Source: Dipteris shenzhenensis (Eukaryota). From it: a stretch of DNA of 64,000 nucleotides. The stretch lies in assembly GCA_047967505.1 (NCBI GenBank), contig CM106538.1; one strand, given 5' to 3'. A program made the translations under genes and the position numbers. The notes under the pieces were generated by a model. The model made no database searches, was not told the origin of the DNA, and saw only the letters and a program-made list of their open reading frames with translations. Positions within the stretch are counted from its first letter, which is position 1. Each line of letters opens with the position of its first letter. Below are positions 11,885 through 22,598 of this stretch, one piece after another.

Positions 11885-13952
11885 TGTGACACCAAAAATT
11901 GATATTTTTAACTTGGCATTGATATTGTTTTTCTCTATGTTTGATAAGAGTTTGAGTATCAAGTGATAGCCTAGCAGCTCTCACTTATCTCTATTTTCTA
12001 TGATATTGTATGGGATTGAGAGGATGAGTGGAATGGCTCATTGTAAATACCATAGGTATGAATTATAAATACCTTGGTATGGGGTGAGAGTTATTTGTGT
12101 ATGGGATATTATGAGTTTTTTAGCAAATAGGAAGAGTGAGTCATATAAAGAGGTGGGCTCATGTCCATGTGTTCCAATAATATAAGAGAGGCCACATGCC
12201 AAGCGTGTGGAAGGCATGTGGAGGAGTGTGAAGTCAAGAGGAATCCTTCTAGAACTCCTATGTGGAATAAGGAGGATGTGGACATGTGGAAAAGAGAGGG
12301 TCCCTATGGGCTCCATGTGAGGAGACTCTTGACTTTCTCAATATTTTAAGAGTCTTGAGCATCTTTTGATGGGACACATGGCAAGAGTAGCCAAAAAGGA
12401 CATGGATGGTGACATACGTGCTTATGTGATTGATGGGGAAAGGAATCTACAGGCAGCAATTGTAAATGGGTAAAGGAGGGTAACAAAATCTCTATAAAAG
12501 GAGCCCTCCTCTCCCTTGTTCATCAGAATCTCTTCCACCATTGGGCCTCATGTTGCTGTAGCTCTAGTCTCCCCAAGCCTCTTCCATGAGCCTTCTCTCC
12601 CTCTTGTAGATATTCTCTCATGTAGACTCTTGAGTCCATCTCTCTCTAGTTTATTCTCTCTCTATGAGTAGTCTTGGAGCTTCCGCTCCCTCTTGTATGT
12701 ATGAAACCTCTTCTTCTCCCTTGTGTTTGTAGTGTTGAAGTGGATTCTCACTCTATTTGTAATGAAGGTCACTTCAGGTTCTCTCTGTCTTGAGTGTCTC
12801 GTCCCTTTTCTCTTTTAAAGCCTTGAAGGTTCTTTCTATTCGGCCGCTCACTGTGCATACATGGTCCATTTGTTTCTCGAGCCACCATGCAAACTTCTTC
12901 CCCTCTTTTAGGCGAAATCTATGAGGGGTGGATCGTTGATGAAGGTGGGGTCTTGAGGGAGCATCCTGCTCAGGCGAAATTAGCCTGGGGGAGGGTAGTT
13001 TTCATGACAGTTTAACCCCCTGTTAGTATTTTGCTCATAACTTTCTGCTCGGTAGTCCGATTGTAATGAAATTTATATCAGCGCGAAGCTCTCTTCAAGA
13101 CGCATGTTTCTGTGTGATCAAATCTTGAATCAGGTACTGTTGCAAAAAGTTATGAGTCTCTGTGTCTGATAGTTTGTTTTCATGACAGTTTTTACCCCCG
13201 TCTAGTAAACTGTTCATAACTTTTTGGTCGCTTCTCTGTTTCTTACGAAACATATATCAGCGCAAAGCTCTCTTTAAGGCGCATGTCTCTATGTACTTAG
13301 ATTTTGAATCAGATACTGCTACAGAATGTTATGAGTCTCTGTGTTTGACAGTCTATTTTCATGACAGTTTTTACCCCCTTCCAGTAAACTGTCCATATCT
13401 CTTCAACCGTCTGTCTGTTTTCAATGAAACTTATATCAGCACGAAGCCCATCTGAAGGGCATCTCTTTGTGTGCTTGATTCCTTGATATCATGTCTCTAC
13501 TGAAAATTATAGGCCTCTGTGTCTAATGACATTTCATAGAGTGTTTTGAGCTAAGTGTAAAGGTATCTATGAAGGAGGTGCAATGTTTCCTCGGAATCTA
13601 CCCATCCGATCTAATCAGCCCCTTCAAACTCCTCGATATATATCAGTTCATGTCATGTTGAGCCGCAAGATCTTCTTTCAACAACGTATCGCTCTTCTCT
13701 TTGGTGCAGACCGGCTCGCTGAGATTATGGCCTCTGCTGATCCTTTCCTTCTCCCTATGCTTGACTACAACATCACTTGGGATGTTACCATCTTCATTCT
13801 CATCTAAGGGAGGAAAGTATGGTGTGGTATCTTGGCATAAAAGCTTCTTTCTAATGTCTCATTCTCAATGATAAGTATCTTTGGCAGTCAGTTCGAATGC
13901 TACAGGAAGTGAAGAGGTGCGTGAAGTTTATTACCCCCAACTTCATGTCACA
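11885..13952 (+). repeat. 5' LTR
   Basis: Direct repeat of 18641-20709; TATAAAA near 12493; three ~179-bp internal tandem units. Confidence 0.97.
12999..13540 (+). repeat. ~179-bp tandem repeat x3 inside the LTR (also ~19755-20295)
   Basis: TTCATGACAG recurs at 13001, 13179 and 13358 with colinear downstream sequence. Confidence 0.9.
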
Positions 13953-13957
13953 TCTTT

Positions 13958-13975
13958 TGGTGGAGACGCCGGGTA
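13958..13975 (+). promoter_or_regulatory. Primer binding site, tRNA-Ala-like
   Basis: TGGTGGAGACGCCGGGTA 5 nt after the LTR end; complementary to a tRNA ending CUCCACCA (Ala acceptor stem). Confidence 0.8.
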
Positions 13976-14632
13976 CGTTTGGTATTGGATTCATCCCACC
14001 TTACTAAACGGTCTCGGGTGTACTTGATTTGCATGTTATGCCTAGAAGAGGCATGTGTTTGTATGAGATAAAGAAGATGCCTGGAAGAACTCCGTTAGAA
14101 GAGATTGCAACCCGTTTAAGAGAACTTGAAGATTGTGAAGGTGATGCTCAAGCTATTCGCACAGTCACCATGATCATATCCTTTATGTTTGCATTGTTGA
14201 ATATGTTGGTGAATCGACAACGCTGGCAGCAGGCACAATGATAAATTGGGGATTGATCCATGCACTGGCAGCTTGGTGTGAAGAAGAGTTGAGTCTTTGG
14301 GTAGTTTTTGACTATAATAGTGGAGTGGTGATTCTTAATGCTTTCGACTTCTTTTGCTATGCAAATGATGAAGATTACAATATCTTGAAGCTTTTATGTG
14401 CACTTCCTATTGTGAGAAGGGTGATTCTAGAAAGCATGTATACACAATGTTTTCATGGTGCTGGTTGGTCACTTATTTTTGAAGATTTTGTTGAGGATCA
14501 CATTGTGGAGGGTTTTCAACAAGTGGTTATGCATAATAAGTTGGTCTTGGTATACTAAGGCTCTGTGGGATCTTGTTCGGATCTTGTTTGGGATATTATT
14601 TGGATCTTGGTGTTTCCTTTTTGTGTTTCATC

Positions 14633-16246
14633 ATGGTGAAGATTCCAGTGTTTCGAGGGACCCAAGGGGAAGACCCGGAATCTTATCTTCGGGATTTTGT
14701 TCGAGGATGCCGGCTTTCTGGATGGTCCATGAAGGATCGGGTGGAGATTTTGCCTGATTTCCTTGAAGGTGTAGCCTTGAGTTGGCATGAGACCTTGCCG
14801 GACTCTACCAAGGAGGACTGGGACCAAGTGGTGGCAGCAATGAAGCAGAGATTTGGGGCAGTGGAGTCGCCAAATGCTTTGATGTTGCAGTTGGACCGGT
14901 TCTGTCAAGGAGAGGGTGAGTTGGTCTCTGCATTGGCAATTCGATATGAAACTTTATGGACAAAGTATGAAAGGGCAGCTTTGCGAGCTGTGGCATCGGC
15001 ATCATCGGCCCCTCAAAGTCTCTCAGGGATGGAGCACTTAAAGATGAGCAAATTTGTTATGGCTTTGGAGCCTCGTCTTCGCTCAAAGGTAATGAGTAAA
15101 GATCCAACAACATACGTGGAGGCGCTTCGCATTGCGACCAAGAAAGAAGCTTCTCTTAAGATCGAATCCTCTTTTGTGTCTTCAACAGCTTCAACTTCTA
15201 AGGTGGAGGTAATGAGCACTCCTCAGGTACCAAAGTCCTCTGAGTTAGATCATAATATCTCCCAATTGATGGCAGAGTTTACTGATTTGAAATTGCATTT
15301 GGTTAATGCACGACAACCTAGAGCACCAAAGAGTGAAGATAGGCCTCGAGATAGGAGTGGGGTCACTTGCTATGAATGTAATGAAAAAGGTCACTATCGC
15401 CCCGAGTGTCCTAGATTGAGAAAGAAAGAAGAAAAACAAGTATGCTTGTTAGAAGCTTCTTCAGGGGATGAGGAAAGAGAGGTAATGATGGCTAAACGGG
15501 GGCGTGGTAAACCAAAAGAAGAAGAAGAAAGCAAGGAAGAAGTAGATGAGGAACATCAGGAAGAGGAACACCATAGTAAGAAAAAGAAGGCATCTAGAAG
15601 GAGAATTAGCCAGTCAGACTTTCCTTTAGGACAAGGAATTCAAAGCTATGACTTGTTGTCCGACCTTAAAGAAAAGGAAGCTCATATCACCTTTGGTCAA
15701 TTAATTGCTTTGTCTCCAAAACTACGGAAGGAATGGGGAAAACTAGCAAGCACAAGAGTGTCAAAGAAGAAAAAGAAGAAAAGTGCCCTTCCTGTTGTTC
15801 AAAAGGTAGATATAGATGTTGGTGATGATGTACCTGTGGTTGATGTGATCATTGATGGTCAAGTGATTTCTAATGTGTACATTGATGGAGGAGCATCGAT
15901 TAATGTCATGAGTGAGAAGACCATGATAGATGCTGATTTAAAATACTCTAGTACTACCTCTCCTTATCGCATCAAATTGGCTGACAACACTAGGGTTAAG
16001 ACCTTGGGAGTTGTGAAGAATCTAGAAGTGGATGTATGTGGAATTTCTGTGCCGACTACTTTTCAGGTGATCCCTACCAAGCCAGATGCACGTGCCTATC
16101 CATTGATTTTGGGAAGGCCTTGGCTACGCAAGGTGAAGGCTGTTCAAAAGTGGGATACTGGAGAATTGATTTTGCAAGGAAATGATAAGAAGGTGCGCTA
16201 CAACATCAGAAGCCGCAAAAAGGAAGTTGTCAAGGAGGAGTCTTGA
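14633..16246 (+). CDS. gag: Gag-protease (capsid, CCHC knuckle, aspartic protease)
   Basis: Open frame from MVKIPVFRG; CYECNEKGHYRPEC knuckle; YIDGGASINV protease site; LILGRPWL. TGA at 16244 is in frame with the downstream pol. Confidence 0.88.
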   Translation: MVKIPVFRGTQGEDPESYLRDFVRGCRLSGWSMKDRVEILPDFLEGVALSWHETLPDSTKEDWDQVVAAMKQRFGAVESPNALMLQLDRFCQGEGELVSALAIRYETLWTKYERAALRAVASASSAPQSLSGMEHLKMSKFVMALEPRLRSKVMSKDPTTYVEALRIATKKEASLKIESSFVSSTASTSKVEVMSTPQVPKSSELDHNISQLMAEFTDLKLHLVNARQPRAPKSEDRPRDRSGVTCYECNEKGHYRPECPRLRKKEEKQVCLLEASSGDEEREVMMAKRGRGKPKEEEESKEEVDEEHQEEEHHSKKKKASRRRISQSDFPLGQGIQSYDLLSDLKEKEAHITFGQLIALSPKLRKEWGKLASTRVSKKKKKKSALPVVQKVDIDVGDDVPVVDVIIDGQVISNVYIDGGASINVMSEKTMIDADLKYSSTTSPYRIKLADNTRVKTLGVVKNLEVDVCGISVPTTFQVIPTKPDARAYPLILGRPWLRKVKAVQKWDTGELILQGNDKKVRYNIRSRKKEVVKEES

Positions 16247-18589
16247 ACATCAGAGAGTTCAAGCTCTGACTTAACTGATGAAGAAGAAGAGACAGGGTGT
16301 AGCTCCGAGGAGTCCAACTCAGAGGGTGAGGTGGAAGGAGTGGCCTTTGGTCTTTGTCTTGGTGCTGATCGGGATGAGTCAGGAAGGAACAAGGTGGTGG
16401 TGCAAGAAGATCCTGTAGAGACACTTCATGTGGAGGATGTGGAGCACACTAAACGACGCCAACGCAATGAAGAGCTTCTTGGTGATTCTCTATCAGGTAG
16501 TGAGAAGCTCGAGTACTTGGATATGCTAGATGATTTTCCATGTCTCTTTGCAACAAGCTATTCACAGGTTCGGCCAGTCTCTCTTGTGGAGCACAAGATT
16601 GAGTTGAAGCCAGAAAGCAAGCCAGTTGTGCAACGCTTAAGGCGATTGGGGGTGATCCAAGCTGAGGCACTAAAGAAAGAGGTAACACAACTACTTGAGG
16701 TGGGATTCATCTTTCCTGTTGATGATTCAGAATGGATATCTCCTGTAGTTGTCACACCAAAGAAAGGAAATAAGTGGCGAGTCTGTGTGGACTTTCGTCC
16801 TTTGAATGCATGCACTAAGAGGGATCATTTTCCTTTGCCATTCCAAGATGAAATACTAGACCAAGTGGCAGGGCATGAGATGTATTCTGTATGTGATGGG
16901 TATTCTGTGTACTTTCAAATTCGTATTCGGGAGGAAGATCAAAAGAAAACATCATTTGTCACACCTTGGGGAGTTTTTGCTTACCGAGTGATGCCTTTTG
17001 GGTTGACCAATGCACCAGCTACATTTCAAAGGTTCATGAGTCAAGTTCTTGAGCCTTACTTGGGAAAGTTCATAAGGGTGTTTTTGGATGATTTTTGCAT
17101 TTATTCTCGGCGCATGGATCACATGGAGAAGTTAAAGATGGCCTTAGCTAGGATTGATGAAGCAAAAGGGTGTCTAAATCCTAGCAAGTGTCATTTGGCT
17201 CAAACAAAAGTAGTCTTGTTGGGGCATATTGTGTCTCAAGAAGGCCTGCAAATGGATCCTGACAAGGTTCAAGCAATCATGGCATTGCCAAGTCCTGAGA
17301 ATGTCACTGGCGTTCGCAGAATTCTAGGAAAGAGCAAGTATTATCAACGCTTTTGTGATGATTTCACAGAGATAGTGCATCCCATGAACTTGTTGACAAG
17401 AAAAGGAGTTTCTTTCCAATGGGGTGTGGAGCAACAAGAGTCTTTCCAGCAACTTAAGGAGGCCATGAGTAAGGGCCCAATATTGAAGCCCCCTGATTGG
17501 TCTCAAGACTTTTATGTAAATCCAAGTGTATCTTTGCATTCAGTTGGTGCTGTATTGCTACAAAAAGGAGAGGCAGGTAGAATGCAACCCATCTATTATG
17601 CCAGCTGACAGCTTACAGATGTGGAAATAAGGTAAGAAGAAATGGAGCAGCAAGCTCTCTCTTTGGTGTTTTCCGTCAGAAAGTTTCGCTCCTATTTATT
17701 ACCTCGACCATTTTTCTTCCTTACCTCTCAGTCTGTATTAGCATATCTAGTTCGCAAGCCTAATCCTGGGGGGAGATTTGCAAAATGGTTGTCAGAGCTT
17801 CAAGAGTTCTCTTTCTCTTTTGTCACTGAAAATACCACTAGGTCCACTATGGCAGATTTGCTCACAGGGCGGGAGGATCTAGGAGAAGAAAATAAATGTA
17901 AGGAGAACATTAAAGATGAAAGGGATACACCACCAATAGCTTTTGTTTTGTATTTTGATGGGGCTTTTAGTCCTTCATGCCAACAAGGAGCCGGGGGGAT
18001 AGTCTTGATGAATCCTGAAGGTCAAGAGGTATGGGCAAGAGGACAAGAGCTTCCAGGTATCACAACTAACAATGCAGCTCAGTATAATGCTTTGATTCTT
18101 GGTTTGGAGGGTTGTCTTCAAAGTCAAGTTAAAGAATTGGAAGTAAGAGGAGATTCTCAGCTTATTATAAAGCAAATGCAAGGGCATTACCAGACAAGAA
18201 GTCCTCATTTGAAGGAGCTTAATCAAAAGGCTATGGGACTATGTAGTCGGTTTGATTTTTGCAGGTTTGTTCATATAAACAGAAAAGAAAATCAAAGGGC
18301 AGATGAGTTAGCTAAAGCCATTGTAGTGCCAGACCGGGGGGTGGTTTTTTGGGTAGACACTGGATGGCCAAAACTACAAGATGTTCAGAAATATGTGGAA
18401 GAAGGCATATTGCCTCGAGGGTTAACTCCACAACAGAAGCAAAGATTGGTTACTTTTGGCCACGTCTTCATAAGGATGTATATGAATGTCACAAATGGAA
18501 CCTTTCAGCTTGAGGATGTTGATGGCATGGTGATACCCGGACGCACCAATGAGTATCGCCTTAAATTCTTCTATGCTCGACCACCTTGA
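16247..18589 (+). pseudogene. pol: pol: RT, RNase H, additional archaeal-type RNase H, integrase scraps
   Basis: Same frame as gag; WRVCVDFRPLN, FLDD at 17081-17092; stops at 17606 and ~17633; LYFDGA...NNAAQY...RGDSQL...NQRADELA second RNase H; integrase core absent. Confidence 0.92.
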
Positions 18590-18627
18590 GGGCCAGCAGA
18601 CCCTCTCTGTACTAGAGAGGATCTGCT

Positions 18628-18640
18628 GGGGGGGGAAAGA
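18628..18640 (+). promoter_or_regulatory. Polypurine tract
   Basis: GGGGGGGGAAAGA immediately before the 3' LTR TG. Confidence 0.9.
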
Positions 18641-20709
18641 TGTGACACCAAAAATTGATATTTTTAACTTGGCATTGATATTGTTTTTCTCTATGTTTGA
18701 TAAGAGTTTGAGTATCAAGTGATAGCCTAGCAGCTCTCACTTATCTCTATTTTCTATGATATTGTATGGGATTGAGAGGATGAGTGGAATGGCTCATTGT
18801 AAATACCATAGGTATGAATTATAAATACCTTGGTATGGGGTGAGAGTTATTTGTGTATGGGATATTATGAGTTTTTTAGAAAATAGGAAGAGTGAGTCAT
18901 ATAAAGAGGTGGGCTCATGTCCATGTGTTCCAATAATATAAGAGAGGCCACATGCCAAGCGTGTGGAAGGCATGTGGAGGAGTGTGAAGTCAAGAGGAAT
19001 CCTTCTAGAACTCCTATGTGGAATAAGGAGGATGTGGACATGTGGAAAAGAGAGGGTCCCTATGGGCTCCATGTGAGGAGACTCTTGACTTTCTCAATAT
19101 TTTAAGAGTCTTGAGCATCTTTTGATGGGACACATGGCAAGAGTAGCCAAAAAGGACATGGATGGTGACATACGTGCTTATGTGATTGATGGGGAAAGGA
19201 ATCTACAGGCAGCAATTGTAAATGGGTGAAGGAGGGTAACAAAATCTCTATAAAAGGAGCCCTCCTCTCCCTTGTTCATCAGAATCTCTTCCACCATTGG
19301 GCCTCATGTTGCTGTAGCTCTAGTCTCCCCAAGCCTCTTCCATGAGCCTTCTCTCCCTCTTGTAGATATTCTCTCATGTAGAATCTTGAGTCCATCTCTC
19401 TCTAGTTTATTCTCTCTCTATGAGTAGTCTTGGAGCTTCCGCTCCCTCTTGTATGTATGAAACCTCTTCTTCTCCCTTGTGTTTGTAGTGTTGAAGTGGA
19501 TTCTCACTCTATTTGTAATGAAGGTCACTTCAGGTTCTCTCTCTCTTGAGTCTCTCGTCCCTTTTCTCTTTTAAAGCCTTGAAGGTTCTTTCTATTCGGC
19601 CGCTCACTGTGCATACATGGTCCATTTGTTTCTCGAGCCACCATGCAAACTTCTTCCCCTCTTTTAGGCAAAATCTATGAGGGGTGGATCGTTGATGAAG
19701 GTGGGGTCTTGAGGGAGCATCCTGCTCAGGCGAAATTAGCCTGGGGAAGGGTAGTTTTCATGACAGTTTAACCCCCTGTTAGTGTTTTGCTCATAACTTT
19801 CTGCTCGGTAGTCCGATTGTAATGAAATTTATATCAGCGCGAAGCTCTCTTCAAGACGCATGTTTTTGTGTGATCAAATCTTGAATCAGATACTGTTGCA
19901 AAAAGTTATGAGTCTCTATGTCTGACGATCTGTTTTCATGACAGTTTTTACCCCCGTCTAGTAAACTGTCCATAACTTTTTGGCTGCTTCTCTGTTTCTT
20001 ACGAAACATATATCAGCACGAAGCTCTCTTTAAGGCGCATGTCGCTATGTACTTAGATCTTGAATCAGATACTGCTGCAGAATGTTATGAGTCTCTGTGT
20101 TTGACAGTCTGTTTTCATGACAGTTTTTACCCCCTTCTAGTAAACTGTCCATATCTCTTCAACCGTCTGTCTGTTTTCAATGAAACTTATATCAGCGCGA
20201 AGCCCATCTCAAGGCGCATCTCTTTGTGTGCTTGATTCCTTGATATCATGTCTCTACTGAAAGTTATAGGCCTCTGTGTCTAATGACAGTTCGTAGAGTG
20301 TTTTGAGCTAAGTGTAAAGGTATCTATGAAGGAGGTGCAATGTTTCCTTGGAATCTACCCATCCGACCTAATCAGCCCCTTCAAACTCCTCGATATATAT
20401 CAGTTCATGTCATGTTGAGCCGCAAGATCTTCTTTCAACAACGTATCGCTCTTCTCTTTGGTGCAGACCGGCTCGCTGAGATTATGGCCTCTGCTGATCC
20501 TTTCCTTCTCCCTATGCTTGACTACAACATCACTTGGGATGTTACCATCTTCATTCTCATCTAAGGGAGGAAAGTATGGTGTGGTATCTTGGCATAAAAG
20601 CTTCTTTCTAATGTCTCATTCTCAATGATAAGTATCTTTGGCAGTCAGTTCGAATGCTACAGGAAGTGAAGAGGTGCGTGAAGTTTATTACCCTCAACTT
20701 CATGTCACA
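18641..20709 (+). repeat. 3' LTR
   Basis: Direct repeat of 11885-13952 with a few dozen differences by eye. Confidence 0.97.
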
Positions 20710-21834
20710 ATAGTGTGCCTGCAGAGTGATTGTGTGCTTGCAGGAGACTGCCACATGGCAGTGCTGAGGTGGCACTGCTAAGGTGGGACAGATGAGGATG
20801 ACGTGGCTATATGACGCATGTGCTTGCAAGAGACTACCACATGGTAGTGCTACGGTGGCACTACTGAGGTGGGACAAATGAGGATGACGTGGTTATATGA
20901 CATGTGTCAATTGAATGGTGGTACCACGTCACAATCTTGACCAAACCTTACTGTGGTGACCCAACTAGGGGTTAACTTGTCTTGGGGTTAACTTGACCAA
21001 CCCTATCATCACCTAATCATACCCAGGTCAACTTGACCCAAGGTGGCTTGACTTAACCCCTTATCTGTAGGTGGGGTCAAGGAAGACAACTAAAGCTTGC
21101 ATGTGCCTAAAATAGGGCATTTAAAAATGCTGACCTAAGTCTCTACCAACTTGCAAACAAAGGAACATCCAATGAGAAAGAAGGTGCCGAAGATGTGGTG
21201 CGCGCGAACGGTTCCTTATGGATTCATGTGGAGTTGCAGCTCCGACTCCTGCCACGTGTCCCAAAGGTATCGCTCCAAAGCATTGTCTCGTGCCACATGT
21301 CAGCGTCTGCCCGCCCACTCTAGTTTGCCTTTGCATGTAGCCTCGATTGTACACACGTGTCCCGGATTGCACAAAACGCTGCATGCATTGCACATCTCAA
21401 CATCATGTGTGTTGTAGACTACAACTGCGAGACTTGCCATGTGGCACCTCGCATAAGCTGCAAGACCCACCACGTGTCGCGGTACAATGGCATGCAAAAC
21501 TGAGCAAACTGTGAGAGGGCTGCTGACACGCAGAGACCGAGGAGAGAGTAAATGGCAACGCAGGCCCCAAAAGTGATACGGTGATGTGGCCTATCAACAT
21601 TAGACTATTATGGAGCTGGTAGTGCCACATGGCATGGCCTGTCAGCATCAGACTACTGTGGAGCAACTAGTGCCACATGGCGCGAGACTCGAACTACCAC
21701 ATCAACGGGCCACGCAATGCATATCCCACACCTCCGCTGGCCTGCCACATGGCGAAGACTACACTTGGGAGTGAGTCGAGCAGCCTGCGAAGTGTGACAA
21801 ATTAGCGACATGTGGCGAAGGACACGTGACCATG

Positions 21835-21857
21835 TAGAGAGAGAAAGATAGAACTAG

Positions 21858-21902
<45 letters not shown>

Positions 21903-21929
21903 GGGGGGAAGAGGGGGGAGAGAGATAGC

Positions 21930-21973
<44 letters not shown>

Positions 21974-22063
21974 ACACCAAAATATAGATGTATATATCTA
22001 AACAAATATATATTTATCTCATTAAATAAATATATAAACAAATATATATATATATATATATAT

Positions 22064-22102
<39 letters not shown>

Positions 22103-22200
22103 AGGGAAGGAGGGAGGGAGATTATAAATTGTATATATATATATAGAATATAATATGTATAAATAAATAAATATTTTTATTTATTTATATTTATATTAAC

Positions 22201-22234
<34 letters not shown>

Positions 22235-22563
22235 TTATATATATATATATATATATATATAGTTATATACAGTTATAGTTATACAGAGAGAGGGGGGGAG
22301 GGAGGGAGGGAGATTATAAACTATAACTGTATATATAACTCTCTCTCTCTCTCTCTTAGAGAGAGAGAGAGAGGGGGGGGGAGGGAGGGAGAACGCTATG
22401 TTATATATAAGATATTTGTTTAGTTTTTACATTTTGTATTTAGTTTATATATGGTAGATTGTGTAAGGTTGAAGCATACCAGAGAAATGATGTGGCTATG
22501 GATCACTTTGCAAAGATACCACATGGCAACGAAGCATGATACATGGCAAATTAACACATAGAC

Positions 22564-22595
<32 letters not shown>
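21835..22595. repeat. Compound microsatellite field (GA)n, (CA)n, (TA)n, (CT)n
   Basis: Directly visible; GAGA-GGGG-GGAGGGAGATTATAAA block repeated. Confidence 0.95.

Positions 22596-22598
<3 letters not shown>

Larger units (their letters stand above)
11885..20709 (+). mobile_element. Tat-lineage Ty3/gypsy LTR retrotransposon, structurally complete but integrase-deleted
   Basis: Two ~2.07-kb LTRs with TGTGACA...TGTCACA ends, PBS, PPT, gag-PR-RT-RH plus additional RNase H; flanks ACAG / ATAG may be an imperfect 4-bp target duplication. Confidence 0.97.

Noticed and set aside
13958-13975. tmRNA/tRNA 3'-end match suggesting a prophage attachment site
   Set aside because: Position directly after an LTR identifies it as a PBS; no tRNA body.
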